A stretch of 64,000 nucleotides of DNA from NCBI GenBank assembly GCA_028534125.1, contig CM052817.1:73410001-73474000 (forward strand), in the 5' to 3' direction. This document shows positions 24,417 through 37,989 of the stretch, one piece after another; within the stretch, counting starts at the first letter, position 1, and every line of letters begins with the position of its first letter. The notes beneath the pieces were generated by a model. The model was not told the DNA's origin. It ran no database searches and was given only the letters and a program-made list of their open reading frames with translations. Position numbers and translations under genes: made by a program. This stretch comes from Lama glama (lineage: Eukaryota).

Positions 24417-26470
24417 ATATTCCACATATGAGCGATCGCATATGATATTTTTCTTTCTCTTTCTGGCTTACTTCTCTTAGAATTACATTCTCCAGGAGCA
24501 TCCATGTTGCTGCAAATGACATTATGTTGTCGAATTTTATGGCTGAGTAGTATAAATTCCATTGTATAAATATACCACATCTTCTTTATCTAGTCATCTG
24601 TTGATGGACATTTAGGCTGTTTCCATGTCTTGGCTATTGTAAATAATGCTGCTATGAACACTGGGGTGCACGTGTCATCCTGAAGTAGGGTTCCTTCTGG
24701 ATATATGCCCAGGAGCGGGATTCCTGGGTCATATGGTAAGTCTATTCCTAGTCTTTTGAGGAATCTTCATACTGTTTTCCACAGTGGCTGCACCAAACTG
24801 CATACCCACCAGCAGTGAAGGAGGGTTCCCTTTTCTCCACAGCCTCTCCATCATTTGTCATTTGTGGATTTTTGAATGATGGCCATTCTGACTGGTGTGA
24901 GTTGTAGTTTTGATTTGCATTTCTCTGATAATTAGTGATACTTAGCATTTTTTATGTGTCTATTGATCATTTGTATGTCTTCCTTGGAGAATTGCTTGTT
25001 TAGGTCTCCTGCCCATTTTTGGATTGGGTTGTTTATTTTTTTCTTATTGAGTCGTATGAGCTGCTTATGTATTCTGGAGATCAAGCCTTTGTTGGTTTCA
25101 TTTGCAAAAATTTTTTCCCATTCCGTAGGTTGTCTTTTTGTTTTACTTCTGGTTTCCTTTGCTGTGCAGAAGCTTGTGAGTTTCATTAGGTCCCATTTGT
25201 TTATTTTTGCTTTTATTTCTTCTAGGAGAAAATTTTTGAGATGTATGTCAGATAATGTTTTGCCTATATTTTCCTCTAGGAGGTTNNNNNNNNNNNNNNN
25301 NNNNNNNNNNNNNNNNNNNNNNNNNNNNNNNNNNNNNNNNNNNNNNNNNNNNNNNNNNNNNNNNNNNNNNNNNNNNNNNNNNNNNNNNNNNNNNNNNNNN
25401 NNNNNNNNNNNNNNNNNNNNNNNNNNNNNNNNNNNNNNNNNNNNNNNNNNNNNNNNNNNNNNNNNNNNNNNNNNNNNNNNNNNNNNNNNNNNNNNNNNNN
25501 NNNNNNNNNNNNNNNNNNNNNNNNNNNNNNNNNNNNNNNNNNNNNNNNNNNNNNNNNNNNNNNNNNNNNNNNNNNNNNNNNNNNNNNNNNNNNNNNNNNN
25601 NNNNNNNNNNNNNNNNNNNNNNNNNNNNNNNNNNNNNNNNNNNNNNNNNNNNNNNNNNNNNNNNNNNNNNNNNNNNNNNNNNNNNNNNNNNNNNNNNNNN
25701 NNNNNNNNNNNNNNNNNNNNNNNNNNNNNNNNNNNNNNNNNNNNNNNNNNNNNNNNNNNNNNNNNNNNNNNNNNNNNNNNNNNNNTAATTCTTTCATCAC
25801 CTTGGTTAGATTTATTCCTAGGTTATTTTATTACTTTGGGTGCTATTTTAAAGGGGATTGTTTCTTTACTTTCTTTTTCTGTTGATTCATCGTTAGTGTA
25901 AAGAAATGCAACTGATTTTTGAATATTAATCTTGTAACCTGCTACCTTGCTGAATTCTTCGATCAACTCTAGTAGTTCTTGTGTGGACCTTTTAGGGTTT
26001 TCTATATATAGTAACATGTCATCGGCATATAGTGACACTTTTACCTCTTCTTTTCCAATTTGAATCCCTTTTATTTCTCTCTCTTGTCTGATTGCTGTGG
26101 CTAGGACTTCCAGGACTATGTTGAATAGGAGTGGTGATAGTGGGCATCCTTGTCTTGTCCCAGGTTTTAGTGGGAAGCTTTTGAGTTTTTCACTGTTGAG
26201 TACTATGCTGGCTGTAGGTTTGTCATATATAGCTTTTATTATGTTAAGATATGTTCCCTCTATACCCACTTTGGTGAGAGTTTTTATCATAAATGGGTGT
26301 TGAATTTTATCAAATGCTTTTTCTGCATCTATTGAGATGATCATGTGGTTTTTGTCCTTTCTCTTGTTGATGTGATGTATTACATAGATTGATTTGCATA
26401 TGTTGAATCATCCTTGTGTCCCTGCGATGAACCCCACTTGTTCATGATGTATAATCTTTTTTATGTGTTG
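24075..26470 (-). mobile_element. Young 5'-truncated L1 (ORF2 RT to 3' UTR), spanning an assembly gap
   Basis: ORF 25823-26344 is L1 RT ([30 protein letters not shown]). ORF2 C-terminal part at 24700-25285, 3' UTR with (TG)n, poly-T at ~24075. TSD tcattacacttt at 24063-24074 and 26471-26482. Confidence 0.97.
25286..25785. other. Assembly gap (500 N)
   Basis: Run of N; both sides are colinear L1 ORF2. Confidence 1.
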
Positions 26471-28196
26471 TCATTACACTTTCTTTATCCCTTTCTTATG
26501 ACACTGGTCATGTTTAACCATACATTATTAATTATGTATTATGGCTTATCTGTACAAAGTAAAGTTCCTGAGGGTAGGAGCCATCCGTATATCCCTTGTG
26601 TGCCTATTTCAATGTTTTCCCTTAGCAGGGACTGGACCAGTGTTTGTCAGATGAATGCCTCAATGAATGAACTTAGGATGGGCATCCTAGCAATATCAGC
26701 TGTGTTTGTCAGTCATCCATCAGTTGATCTATCCATTTATATCCTTCCCTTAAAAATTTGAGGAAATTCTCAGGGTATATATAGAACAAGGAAAAAGTAA
26801 ATTAAAATTAGGTAAGATAATTAGGCAAAGGAAAGATAAGGGTTGGAAAGTAAAATGGATTTAGGACTGAGCTTAGTTCTGAAAAATATATACCATAAAA
26901 TCTTATGCATTTGCAAGGGTAGAACATTAATTTGGTGCTAAGCGTACTAGAAGCCTATGGAGGAAGCAGTGGTTATTTGATTTTCAGTATCTAGAAAATT
27001 AGGATGTCAGTTGCTCACATGAAACATAGTTATTCCTTGAACTAGGGCCAGAAAGAAATTCTTCTCATGGTGTATCAGAAGGAGTTTACTGTGTAGTATA
27101 AAGAATAACATATTCAGCGTATCTTTACACTAAACACAGCAGTGCATTTCAAAAAGAAATTTCTTATATTACCCTCAGTTTATACTGATAGTGCCCTCCC
27201 CATAACCCAAATAAAGAGTACAGCTGTGGAGGGGGATAAACAGTGGTTCATGAAATCCTGTTATGCAAACAAAATTGCAAAACAGCTATCAAACATTTCT
27301 TGCAAAATCCATACTTAGCAATTAATGTGGATGTAAAATTTCACTAGAAGGTAAAAGAAAACAATGTGGAAATAAAGCAAAATCTAGTGCCTAATTATTA
27401 GAGAAAATAAATTGTAGTCAATTAAGAAAATCAGTTATCTGAAGATGGGGCTCAAATATTGAGAAGCATCCTTTACTGTGTGTTTTCTTTTTTTACTTTT
27501 CTCTCTTACTATAACTACAGAATGCAGCAAATAGGACTAGTTATTAAACAACAGGGAAAATTCAGTTAAATATAGAATAAATTTCATCCTTAGGCTGCAA
27601 TTTGAGTTCCTTTTTAGTAGAAGGAAATGGACTCTAGTGAGAACTCATTGTTACCAATTAACCCAGGAAATGATGACATGGAAATGGAAGGTGAGAATAG
27701 AAACCAATTAAAGAAAGGCATGCACCTGGAGCCCTCTCTTGGGGATGGGGAAGTTGGATGGGAGTGTCATAACTGTAGGGATGTGATAGATGGATATAGC
27801 GTATGTTTTGGGAAATTAATCATCACTCGCCTCCCATCTTAACGCGCCTATGTGGATTTTATATTGCCATCTTGTAACAGAGGTGCCACCAATGTCAGTT
27901 TGGAAATATCTGTCAACATGTAAAAAATTACTAAAGAATTTACAGAAATTTGAATTCCCAACATTTATTATTACATCTTAGAGATTTTTCTTGGAATGTG
28001 GTCTTAATATTGGAAGTTCTGAGGTTAGGATAAAAACTCACCCTAACTTCCTCCTTTACTTCTGACTTCTGGTGTTGGTACTGACAAGTGTACCCAGTCA
28101 GATCTAGGATGGTAAATAAGCCCTCTTATTTGGTTTCTAATTCCTTTGAGCCACTATACGTTTAGAAATTTTAAGCCTATTTAAGAAATTGTAGGT

Positions 28197-28272
28197 GGGG
28201 AGGGTATAGCTCAGTGGTAGAGAGCATGCTTAGCATGTACAAGGTCTTGGGAGGAAAAAATTAAAAAAAAAA
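28197..28272 (+). mobile_element. Truncated tRNA-Ala-derived SINE head (B box lost)
   Basis: ggggagggtatagctcagtggtagagagcatgcttagcatgtacaaggtcttggg runs directly into an A-rich tail. Confidence 0.85.
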
Positions 28273-28377
28273 GTAATCCTGACCCTCAAAATACTTTTCT
28301 CCATCTCTCTTCTCTTTACTTCTTGAAACAGTAGTCTTCCCCAACTGTATCTGCTTCCTTCCTTCCTATTAAATTTT

Positions 28378-28550
28378 TTTTAGTTGAAGTATAATTGATT
28401 TACAGTATTATGCTAATTTCTGGTGTACAGTAGAGTAATTCATTCATATACACATATATATTCCTTTCCATATTCTTTTTCATGATAGGCTTTTACAAGA
28501 TATTGAATATATCTCCCTGTGCTGCACAGTAGGGCCTTGTTGTTTATCTA
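28378..28550 (-). mobile_element. Short L1 3' end
   Basis: gttgaagtataattgatttacagtattatgctaatttctggtgtacag...ttgtttatcta. TSD ttcctattaa(a/c)tttt at 28363-28377 and 28551-28565. Confidence 0.9.
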
Positions 28551-28875
28551 TTCCTATTAACTTTTAATAGGCCATCCACCCCCACTACTTCGCTGACTTT
28601 GTTCTGGCAAAAGTCACCAAATTCATTAGCCTCTTTTCAATCTCCATCTTAGTTTTCCACTGCCCCGTTTTTATTTCTAAACCAGTCTTCCTGTCTGAAG
28701 TACCCTCCTCTCTCTTGATCTCCCCCACCTCTGTGGCTATTTCTTTTTGGTCTTATAAAACAACATTTTCTCACTTTTTAGAGACTTTTGTTCATTTTCA
28801 TGTTCTTCTAAGTTTTCTCTCCATTTTCTGGTGATCTCTTTCATCCTGAAGTTTCAACTATATGCTGATGATCCC

Positions 28876-29259
28876 TGCGTTAGTCAGAGTGAGGCTAAGC
28901 TGCTGTAACAAAGAGGTAGATGGGTGATTCTGCTCCATGTAGTCACCCAGGAACTCAATTTTCTTCTCTCATTGCTCCACTAAGGTGCTGTCTTTTTCTG
29001 CACAATCCACGGTCGCCCAATAGCACCATGTCTGTGTTCCAGCACCCAGGAAGTGGAGGTCAAGAATTTCCTTCTAAGGAAGTGATAAAGAAATTGTGTG
29101 TGATATTTCTACTGAAATTGCATTGACAAGGACATAGTTTCCTGACCCCATGTAGCCTCAAGAGGGGCTGGGAAATGAGTGGCCATATACTTTGTGAAAA
29201 CAGTGAGTTTAATAAATATGAGGAAGATAGGGATAAGGCAAAGTTTGTGGTCTCTGCTA
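28876..29259 (-). mobile_element. Old MLT1 (J/K-like) LTR inside L2
   Basis: tgcgttagtcagagtgaggctaagctgctgtaacaaag...caagaggggctgggaaatgagt...gtctctgcta. Confidence 0.65.
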
Positions 29260-29349
29260 AAAATACCTTCAGCTCTACTCTTTATTGTTCCAGATTCATA
29301 GATCTGTCTACTTTGTGATGTCTTTTATTATGGTTCATTAGTTAAAAAA

Positions 29350-29475
29350 ACTTTTTTAGCTTCATGGAGGTATAATTGACAGAAAATTATAAGGTATTTA
29401 AAGTGTACATTGTGATGGTTTGATATACATGTACATTGTGAAAGGATTCTTCCACGAATTAATTGACATGTATCT
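29350..29475 (-). mobile_element. L1MA-like 3' tip
   Basis: gaggtataattgacag...tatttaaagtgtacattgtgatggtttgatatacatgtacattgtgaaagg. Same type at 49510-49635. Confidence 0.75.
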
Positions 29476-31184
29476 TCTTCTGTGTGTCCTGCAGACACCT
29501 CAAACTCAACATATTAAAACAAAACAAATTCTGAACTAATTGTTTTCTCCAAGCCAACTCCTCCTACAACTTTCCCAATCTTAATTAGTGGTCATTACTC
29601 TAGTGCTTGAACTAGAAGTCTCAGCCATTCTTGATTTTTTAAAATGTCTCATTCCATACAGCAAATTTATCACCAAGTACTATATATTTTAAGTATTGAA
29701 TTTACCATTCTAACACTGTCTGTGTCTCTCTCTAGACCCTAAAAAGCTCTATCTTGTATTATTCCTGAAGGCCCTGATTGGCATCCAGCCCCTAAGTTGT
29801 TTCCTTAGATGACTGTCCTCCCTACACAGCCACCATATTTATCTTTCTAAATCACATCTGGATGATCCACTTCTTTTTCTTAAAAGTCTATAATGATGTT
29901 CTGTTTGCTCCTGTGGGTCTTTAAGCATGATTTTTAGAAATGGAGCTCTTTTAAAAAAAATCCTACCCCAAGTTCCCCACATAGAGAATATGCAGAACTT
30001 CTTGTATGGGCATTGTCCTTAGAATGTCATTTGAATATTACTGGCATACAAGATTTTAATTCAGATGACTTATTGCTAATTAGAGGACCCTTAACCCAAT
30101 CCCAGCTGACTTTTCCAAACTTACCTTTAGCCAGTATTTCCTCTGCTCCTCTGCTCTAGTCACATGGCATTAATCACTCCTCTTACATGAGGCAGGCATT
30201 CAGGGATCTGTCTTTGCTCCTGTTCCTTCAGTCCTGTTGATCACTGGGCATACCTTTACTCACCTGAAAGAGCATGAGCTCTGGCTGACGCAGATTCAGA
30301 GCTCATCTGAGCCTTGGTTTCCTCACTGGAAAAATGGATTTAGTAAGAGAATCTACATAAAGTACCCAGGTCATAGGAGAGTCTCAAATGTCAATTTTCC
30401 TTTCCCTCCATCCTCAAATGTCACTTCTGTTTTTGGTGTGTGTGTGTGACTACCACAGGAAGAAGTAGGTTTTCCCAATCTATGTTTTATAGCATTTGAT
30501 AATGCTATAAGAGAACTTTTATTATTATATTTATTTATGTATGTGGTTATCTCACTTGTTGGACTTTGAGCTCTTTGAAGGTAGGAGTCTTCACTCACTC
30601 ACTTTTGATCCTTGGGGCCAGGCCAAAATAGACATAAAATAAATGACTTTTAAACCGAATTGCATTGCATTGAATTGAAATGGATTTGTGGTAGAAAATA
30701 AAGGTCAATCAGTTTCCTTGGCTCTGAGTCACCCTCCCCACAAGGAATGGAACAAGAGTTTGATGGATGGGCATATGCTATTTTGTAATAAAAAGGAGCA
30801 GTCTTATGATTCTGAACATGAAATAGCAACTGCTGGACTGTGAAACAATCTGCAAAATTGCATTTATCCTGGAGTGTTTTGTTTTGGCATCAGTAGGGTA
30901 GAATGTTGTTTCATAGTCCATGTTTATTGAACCATGTAAGGGATTTACAGTAGCATCTGTATGGAGGCCAAAGTTAAAGTGGGGCACAGTCCCAAAAAAG
31001 TGACATGTAAGACAAATTGATGTGTTCAAGCATTCAGAGTTGACAACATAATCTGCTATTTTTATAGAGGACATTCTGGCACTAGGAGCAGGGTGTGTAT
31101 ACATGTGACAAAATCAAGCTAAACATCTACTGCCCCCATCCCCCCCCAAATAAACACATTCCTCTTCTTTACTTTTCTATGTTT

Positions 31185-31349
31185 AAAAATTTTTTTATAT
31201 TTTTATGATTTATAATCATTTTACAATGTTGTGTCAAATTCCAGTGTAGAGCACAATTTTTCAGTCATGCATGAACATATATATATTCATTGTCACATTT
31301 TTTTCTCTGTGAGCTACCATAAGATCTTGTGTATATTTCCCTGTGCTAT
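31185..31349 (-). mobile_element. Young L1 3' end inserted at the tail of an older L1
   Basis: gatttataatcattttacaatgttgtgtcaaattccagtgtagagcacaatttttcag is near-identical to 24102-24160. Confidence 0.9.
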
Positions 31350-31351
31350 GT

Positions 31352-32242
31352 ATTTCTGTTTTTTTAATGTGGTAAAAAACATAACATAAAATTTATCATT
31401 GCAACCATTCTTAAGTGTCTAATTTAGTAGTGTATATTCACATTATTGTGCAAAAGATCTCTGGAGATTTCCCATCTTGTGACAGTGAGATTCTACACCC
31501 ACTAAACATGAATTCTTCCTTCTCCCTTCTCCTTGTCCGTGGCAACCACCCTTTTACTTTCTGTTTTGGATTTTGACTACTTTAGATACTTCACATGAGT
31601 GGAGTCAGACAGCACCTGTCCCTTTGTGACTGGCTTATTTCATTTACAACGTTCTTAAGGTTCATCCATGTGGTAGCATGTGACAAGATTTCCTTTTTAA
31701 AGCTGCATAATATTCCATTATATGCATATACCACATTTTCTTTATCCATACATCTGTTAATGGACATTTGGATTACTTCCATCTCTTGGTTATTGTGTTA
31801 ATGCTGTGATGAACATGGGTGTGCATATATCTTTGAGATCCTGCTTTGAATTCTTTTGGATAAATATCCAGAAGTGGGATAGGTAGAACATAAGGTAATT
31901 CTATTTTTCATCTTTTAAGGAACATCCTTGCTCTCTTCAATAATGGCTGTGCCATTTTATATTCCTACCAATAGTGCACAAGTGTTCCAATTTCTCTTCA
32001 TTCTTACCAACACTGTTATTTTCCATTCTTTTGATAGTGGCCATCCTGATGGATGTGAGGTAATATCTCATGTGATTTTGATTTGTATTTCTCTAATGAT
32101 TAGAGAATAATATTGGCTATTGGGGAGAGGGTATAGCTCAAGTGGTAGAGCACATGCTTAGCATGTATGATGTCCTGGGTTCCATCCCCAATACCCCCAC
32201 TGAAAAACCAAATGAATAAATAAACCTAATTACCTCCCTTGC

Positions 32243-32306
<64 letters not shown>

Positions 32307-32600
32307 GGAGAGAGGGAGAGAGGGAGAGAAAGAGTATCTTCTTTGGAGAAATGTCTATTCAAGTCCTTTGCCCATTTTTTAATCAAATGTTGTTGTTGTC
32401 ATTGAGTTGTGTAAGTTCTTTCTGTATTTTGGATATTAGCCCCTTATCAGATATATGATTTACAATTATTCTTTCCCATTCTGTAAGTTGCTTTTTCGCC
32501 CTGTTGATTGTTTCCTTTGATGTGCAGAGGATTTTAAGTTTGATGTAGTTCTCCTTGTCTATATTTGCTTTTGTTGACTGTGCTTTTGGTGTCCTATTTA
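31352..32600 (-). mobile_element. Older L1MA/MB 3' portion
   Basis: atgtggtaaaaaacataacataaaatttatcattgcaacc. ORF2 C-terminal translation [27 protein letters not shown]...SDKGLISKI, and KWAKDLNRHFSKED. Confidence 0.9.
32122..32330 (+). mobile_element. tRNA-Ala-derived SINE (vic-1-like) with (TA)n(GA)n(GGGAGAGA)n microsatellite tail, nested in L1
   Basis: ggggagagggtatagctcaagtggtagagcacatgcttagcatgtatgatgtcctgggttccatcccc...aaacctaattacctccc, then compound microsatellite at 32243-32330. Confidence 0.92.
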
Positions 32601-34907
32601 ACTTCTTTCTTTCTTTTAATGGCATTACCAGTCTTTGTATTATACACGTCTCAGGTTTTGAAATGATATCTCTCTCTTCTCTCTTGTCCTCTATAGTTAA
32701 TAGCTGCCTAAGACCACTCAATTCTGTAGTAGTTCTCATATTCATTCTCTCTCTCTCTCACTCCATTCCACTGCACACCTGGTTTATCACTCCTCTCTGG
32801 ATTTCTCTGTCTCCTCCTTATTTGGTATCTCTCCCCTTTCCAGGCTAGTGGATATACTGCCTTTATGCTTCTTAAAGGCGCACATGTCTAGTCATAAATC
32901 TGTTCAGAATACTTGTGGTTTCCCCATTGCTTTCCAAAAATGTCTAAATTTTTCTACAATCTGGCTCTGACTTACCTTTCCAACCTTATCTTTTGTTCTT
33001 TCCTTCTATTCCCTACATAGACTTTATAGTTTATTCAGCAGATTTAATAGTTTAATCGCCTTTGTCTTATATTGCCCCAGTTTCCTGACTTGGCCTGTGT
33101 TGGTCTTTTTGTTTTGAATGCACTAGAATGCGTTAGTGATCCTTGTTTGGTCATTCATCTCTCTGTCTTCCATCCTCTGCTCTTAATCCTTTATTCTCAC
33201 TCCTAGGGAATCAGCCTTAACTTTGACCTATATATTGATATTTCTTAAATCATCATCTTTTTATATGATTTCATTGCCTGAAGAATATTACTGAGGTTTT
33301 AGGGGGCCAATGGATAGAACCCATCTTCCACACCCAGGATATGAGCCAGTTAAGGGATAAGAGTAAGACAAATGAAACCAAAAATGCCATCTTTATTATT
33401 AATAAAGCTGCAACTGGAAAATGTGGCTTATACTGGGATAAATTGACTTCTTAATACTGGATGTAAAATCAGACAGTCCACTTTAAAACTTATTAAACAG
33501 GTGGCATAGAGCAGGATGCATTTCCTACTGGCAATTGCTGCCCAAAGATAAAGAAAAAGGAGAGATGCTATAAGTGTCCAGCTTTTGCTCCCAAGTTCCC
33601 TGATCAGCCTCATGTGGGGAGGAATGAGTGAGGAGGTAGAGTGAGGCTGAGGGAGTCACACTGCTGGGCAGTCAACCACATGGAGGAAACATCGGGAGTG
33701 GGAAGAACATTGCTTACCCCACCCCCACATATTTCTGTCCAGATATTCAGCTCTCATCTCACATCCATTGTCATTCATCATATTGTCCTCAGCCTTCCTC
33801 CCCAACTACTTTTGTTACACTAGAACTTTTCTTCCCCTTTGACTTGACTTCCCTCATATGCCACAAAATCGAGTATTGTCATGGTTTTTCTTTAAAATGC
33901 TTCTGTTATTTGTCTATTCTCCAACATTACCACCACTGCTTACAACAAACCCTTAGCACCTTGAATAGATTTTTCCAATCTGTAAGTGTTCTCCTTTGCT
34001 TCTGGTTTGCTGCCTACAGAAGATTGTTCATAAATCTGAGGTATTTTGGATTAGATGCACACTGGCATTTAAATGTCTCTTCTTTGCCCTAATAAATGAC
34101 ATTCTTTTACAACATCCTCCAACTTAGACGAACAGCACTTTAGAAAGCTAATGTTTTTGAAACATTTCCTGCTCATTCCTGTTGCATCTTTGCCCAAGTG
34201 GACATTTATGTGTGGAGAGCGGCCTTGTGACCCTTTATATTCTTAAATTTCCAATTCAACTTCCATTTCTCCTAGATGGCTCTCTGTGTACTCTAGTTGG
34301 CATCTCTACTATTGTATGAAAAATTATTATTTTATAATTCTCAAATGGTTTATTTTTTGGTTTTATGTTTTTCAACTGATTTTCTTGAGGATTTCCTTTA
34401 CTTCTTATGTCTGGCCGCCCTTTCTCTGTATATCTAGGATTGGCTAAACACAACAAAACATCAGCAGAACTGATTAGTAGAGAAAGTTAGAGTAACATGA
34501 ATTACTTAATATGTTTGAGGTTAAATTTCCAGGCTAAGAAGGCTTTTACTTCTTAAATAACAAAAAATTTCTGTATTTCCTAGTTAGGAATTCCTGTAAA
34601 TGAATTGGCATTTACATGTGTCCTATCTAAAGTTCTTCTGATGCTTCCTTGTTGGATTATAAGACCCTTTTCTTTGGTGCATCCTAAGTGAGGGAATTGG
34701 AATAGAATACTGACAGGACAAAAAAGCTCTCAAAAATAACACATGGCCTCAATCAAGAAAGCATCAGAAGGAATTAAGCAGGAATTTGGAGAAAAGAAAT
34801 GTCATCTGGGCTCACTGATTTTAAAAGAAAACATTTGGATACATGCAATATTTAAAGCCACTTTCTGAACTCTTCATCTTGGAAAATAAACCAAATTATT
34901 TATTTAT

Positions 34908-35308
34908 TTGTTTATTTATTTATTTGTACTGACGTATAGTCAGTTTACAATGTTGTGTCAATTTCTGATGTACAGCATAATGCTTCAGTCATACATGAAC
35001 ATACATGTATTCATTTTCACCGTGAGTTACTGCAAGATATTGAGTATAGTTCCCTGTGCTATATAGTATAAACTGGTTGTTTATCTATTTTATATATATA
35101 CTAATTAGTATCTGCAAATCTCAAACTCCCAATTTCTCTTCCCATCCCCTTCCCCACCGTGGTAACCATAAGTTTGTTTTCTATGTCTGTGAGTCTGTTT
35201 CTGTTTTATAAATAAGTTTGTCTTTTTTTTTTTTTCAGATTCCACATGTAAGTGATATCTCTTTCTTGTTTACTTCACTTAGAACAACAATCTCCAGGTC
35301 CATCCATG
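34908..35308 (-). mobile_element. 5'-truncated L1 3' end
   Basis: gtatagtcagtttacaatgttgtgtcaatttctgatgtacagc...ctccaggtccatccatg. TSD aattatttatttat at 34894-34907 and 35309-35322. Confidence 0.9.
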
Positions 35309-35554
35309 AATTATTTATTTATAATGATTCTGGTTTCTCTCTGATGTATATAATAGTAAATTTGAATTGACCTTGCACAACAGCATAAAATATTATAATG
35401 GAAAGGTCAACAAGTACTCTGGAAATATCTACTAGAATTTAGTTACTAAAAGAAAACCTTAAAAGAAGAAGCTTTTGTCTTACTTACATCCCCATAATTG
35501 TTTTTTATAACAAATGCAGAACAACTTGAGAGATTGGTTCCCTAAGCTTTTATT

Positions 35555-35778
35555 TTATTTATTTATTTTTGCTGTTTTTTTTTTTTTTAATTGACATACA
35601 GTCAATTACAATGTGTCAATTTCTGGTGTACAGCATAATGTCCCAGTCATACATATAAATACATATGTTCTTTTACATATTCTTTTTCATTAAAAGTTAT
35701 TACAAGATATTGAATACAGTTCCCTGTGCTATACAGAAGAAATTTGTTTTTTTATATATTTTAATATATAGTGGTAAA
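35555..35778 (-). mobile_element. 5'-truncated L1 3' end
   Basis: aattgacatacagtcaattacaatgtgtcaatttctggtgtacagc. Perfect TSD ccctaagcttttatt at 35540-35554 and 35779-35793. Confidence 0.92.
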
Positions 35779-35989
35779 CCCTAAGCTTTTATTGTTCTAG
35801 ACTTTCAGTTTAAAAATGTGTTTCTTTTAATAGCAGACGAAAAAATATTACAAGTTAGCTAACCACTTGAGTCTTCCATGTTTATGAGTATTTTGGACAG
35901 CTAAGAATAGGAGGAAATCTTGGAGAAATAGGGAATGCTTCTTAATTCACAGGATTTCAAGATCCCGGAGAAGGTGCCATTTCTAGGAA

Positions 35990-36008
35990 TGACCACAAGA
36001 TGGTGTCA
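35990..36008 (+). promoter_or_regulatory. Candidate CTCF motif
   Basis: tgaccacaagatggtgtca resembles the CTCF core CCAC(N)AG(A/G)TGGCG; motif match only. Confidence 0.3.
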
Positions 36009-36027
36009 AAATAAATCCCTATACATG

Positions 36028-36900
36028 TGTCATTCATTCATTCATTCATTCAGTAAACAAGCATTTAATAATCCCCAACTGCATGCCAGGAATAATGTTA
36101 GGCGCCAGAGATACTGAAATGATTCAGATACAGTTCTTGTCCTCAAGGAGCCTAGAGTGTAGTAGAGGGAGATGTATCTGTATGGAAATAAGGGCAACAG
36201 AGTGTCACTGGGGCTCTGCTAGAACTACATATGACAAAGAATGGGGACCCAAAAGAGGGAATGGGCACTTCGACAGAAGTTGGGGGATGGAGGAGGGAAT
36301 GTGGGTTTGTAAAGGCACAACAATGGAAATGATTCTTAAATAGAATCTTAGAGACTTAGGAGGGGATTACTAGGAAGTAGATGACATAGGATGTAGAACA
36401 GGAGGAGGTGGGACCTGGGAGCAGAGGCAGTCTTTCAGGCAGAAAGAGAGACATGATTGAAGGATCAAAAGTTTCAGAGCCCATCTGGCATGCTTAAGCA
36501 GCCTAGTGTGATTAAGACACATGGAAGGAGAGGAGGCTGTAGACAATGCAAGTAATGGATGGCCCAATGTGCTGTGGTGCTGTGCTAGCCTTGTGTTCGA
36601 GCTGGCTCACTTTGGTGGAGGTGTCCATAGGTGGTGGCAGGGAAGCAGGGACATAAGTTGGGAGACTGTTGTAGACTCCAGAGGACAGATGCTAAGGGCC
36701 GGTACAGTAGGAATGAGAGGTTAAATCCACACGATTCAGCAATTCAACTGTCTGGAAGAGGTTGTATTTTAGGAAGGCATCGAAGAGTTCTTGCTTAAAA
36801 GAGAATGATAAATGATTGACCAAGATTGGAGTTACAGAAGGAAGAGTGGTTTCAGGAGCAAAACATTAATGATGAATTCATCATGAACTTGTGTCTGGAG
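36028..36900 (-). mobile_element. L2 3' portion
   Basis: (cattc/att)n tail, then tgcatgccagg...ccagagatactgaaatg...gtcctcaaggagcctagagtgtagtagaggg. Confidence 0.8.
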
Positions 36901-37989
36901 GGTTCAGTTTAGGACTGATGGTACAGAAGTGGGGACAGGGGTGAGAATGGGAGGACCATGTGCTGAGAAGGTGCCCAGCATGGGAGGACTGGGGTAGCAT
37001 GGGGGGTGGTTATTTATGTTTTTGTATTGCTTGTGTTTCTGATTGGGTGTTAAAGATTTAGGTTGAAGGCATATAGCCGAACCTCAAAAAAAGTTTTAGT
37101 TGGTTTCTAAAGATTAAGCTCAGAATGATATGAGTGTTGACTTTGCAGTTCAGTTTCTTAATCCATCAAATACATTGATTAAGATAGGCTGTCCCGTCTC
37201 TGGGCACTGATCATGAACTCAGGCCCTACATGACGCTGGACAAATTAATGATTCTTTCCTCAGTGTCGTCATTTTAAAATGGGAAAATTTATTAAGCAGG
37301 GGGCTAGTATAGAATACTCCTCTTCTCCCCATGAGTTGTGAATTAGCTGAGAATGACAAAGGATTCAGGCAAATGGACAACAAAATTCTACCTTCAACCC
37401 TGAAAAAGCTGAATGAAAGGATGTGGCTCAGATATGTGGAAACGGGAAGCTTCCTAATATTCTCCTTCTCTCGGTGGAGACCCTGCAGTAGATAAGTTGC
37501 ACTGTAAGAAGGGATACTTTCTGCAGTATTTTGTGAAGACTGAAAACAAGTGTATGGACTGAGGGCTACCTTCCAGGTGGGCTCGGCCCGGCCTCACGCG
37601 GTTATGACTCCTGCCGGGTTGCATCGCCTCCTGCAATCACCTCAGTGACAGCTCCTCGGGCCCAGAGCCCAGTGTCCATCTGCATTCTCTCAGCACCCAC
37701 CAGCCTGCTCAGGCCAAAGTGTTACCGACATTTCCATTCTGTCGTCTTTGTGCATTTTAAGCACCTGCTGGGACCACTTCCAGCTATGTTAAGTTGTCTG
37801 CCAGGGCAGTCCAAGCAGTACCAGCTGTAGTTTTTGGTAGTGCCCTGAGGACAGGATGCGTAGGTTCTGAGAGGTCCCCCAGGCCTCTTTTTCCCCGCCC
37901 ATAGACCATATTTTAAAACACAGTTGTGTAGAATACAGGATTTTTTTCCCAGAAGGTATACATCATGCTATAGCAGAAGTACCTTTAAT

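Larger units (their letters stand above)
28570..30680 (+). mobile_element. Fragmented L2 LINE interrupted by MLT1, L1 and MIR pieces
   Basis: ccaccccccactacttcgctgactttgttctggcaaaagtcaccaa (L2 HHSTETALxKVTN block), tatgctgatgat (YADD, 28861-28872), cacctcaaactcaacatat, and a (tgaat)n-like 3' end at ~30660. Confidence 0.75.

Noticed and set aside
24954..25901. Long ORFs of 315, 177 and 174 aa in the ORF track
   Set aside because: Artefacts of reading through the 500-N gap, within or antisense to L1 ORF2.
25823..26344. 173-aa reverse-transcriptase ORF with YADD
   Set aside because: Ordinary fragment of a 5'-truncated L1 with no promoter, ORF1 or endonuclease; not a novel RT system.
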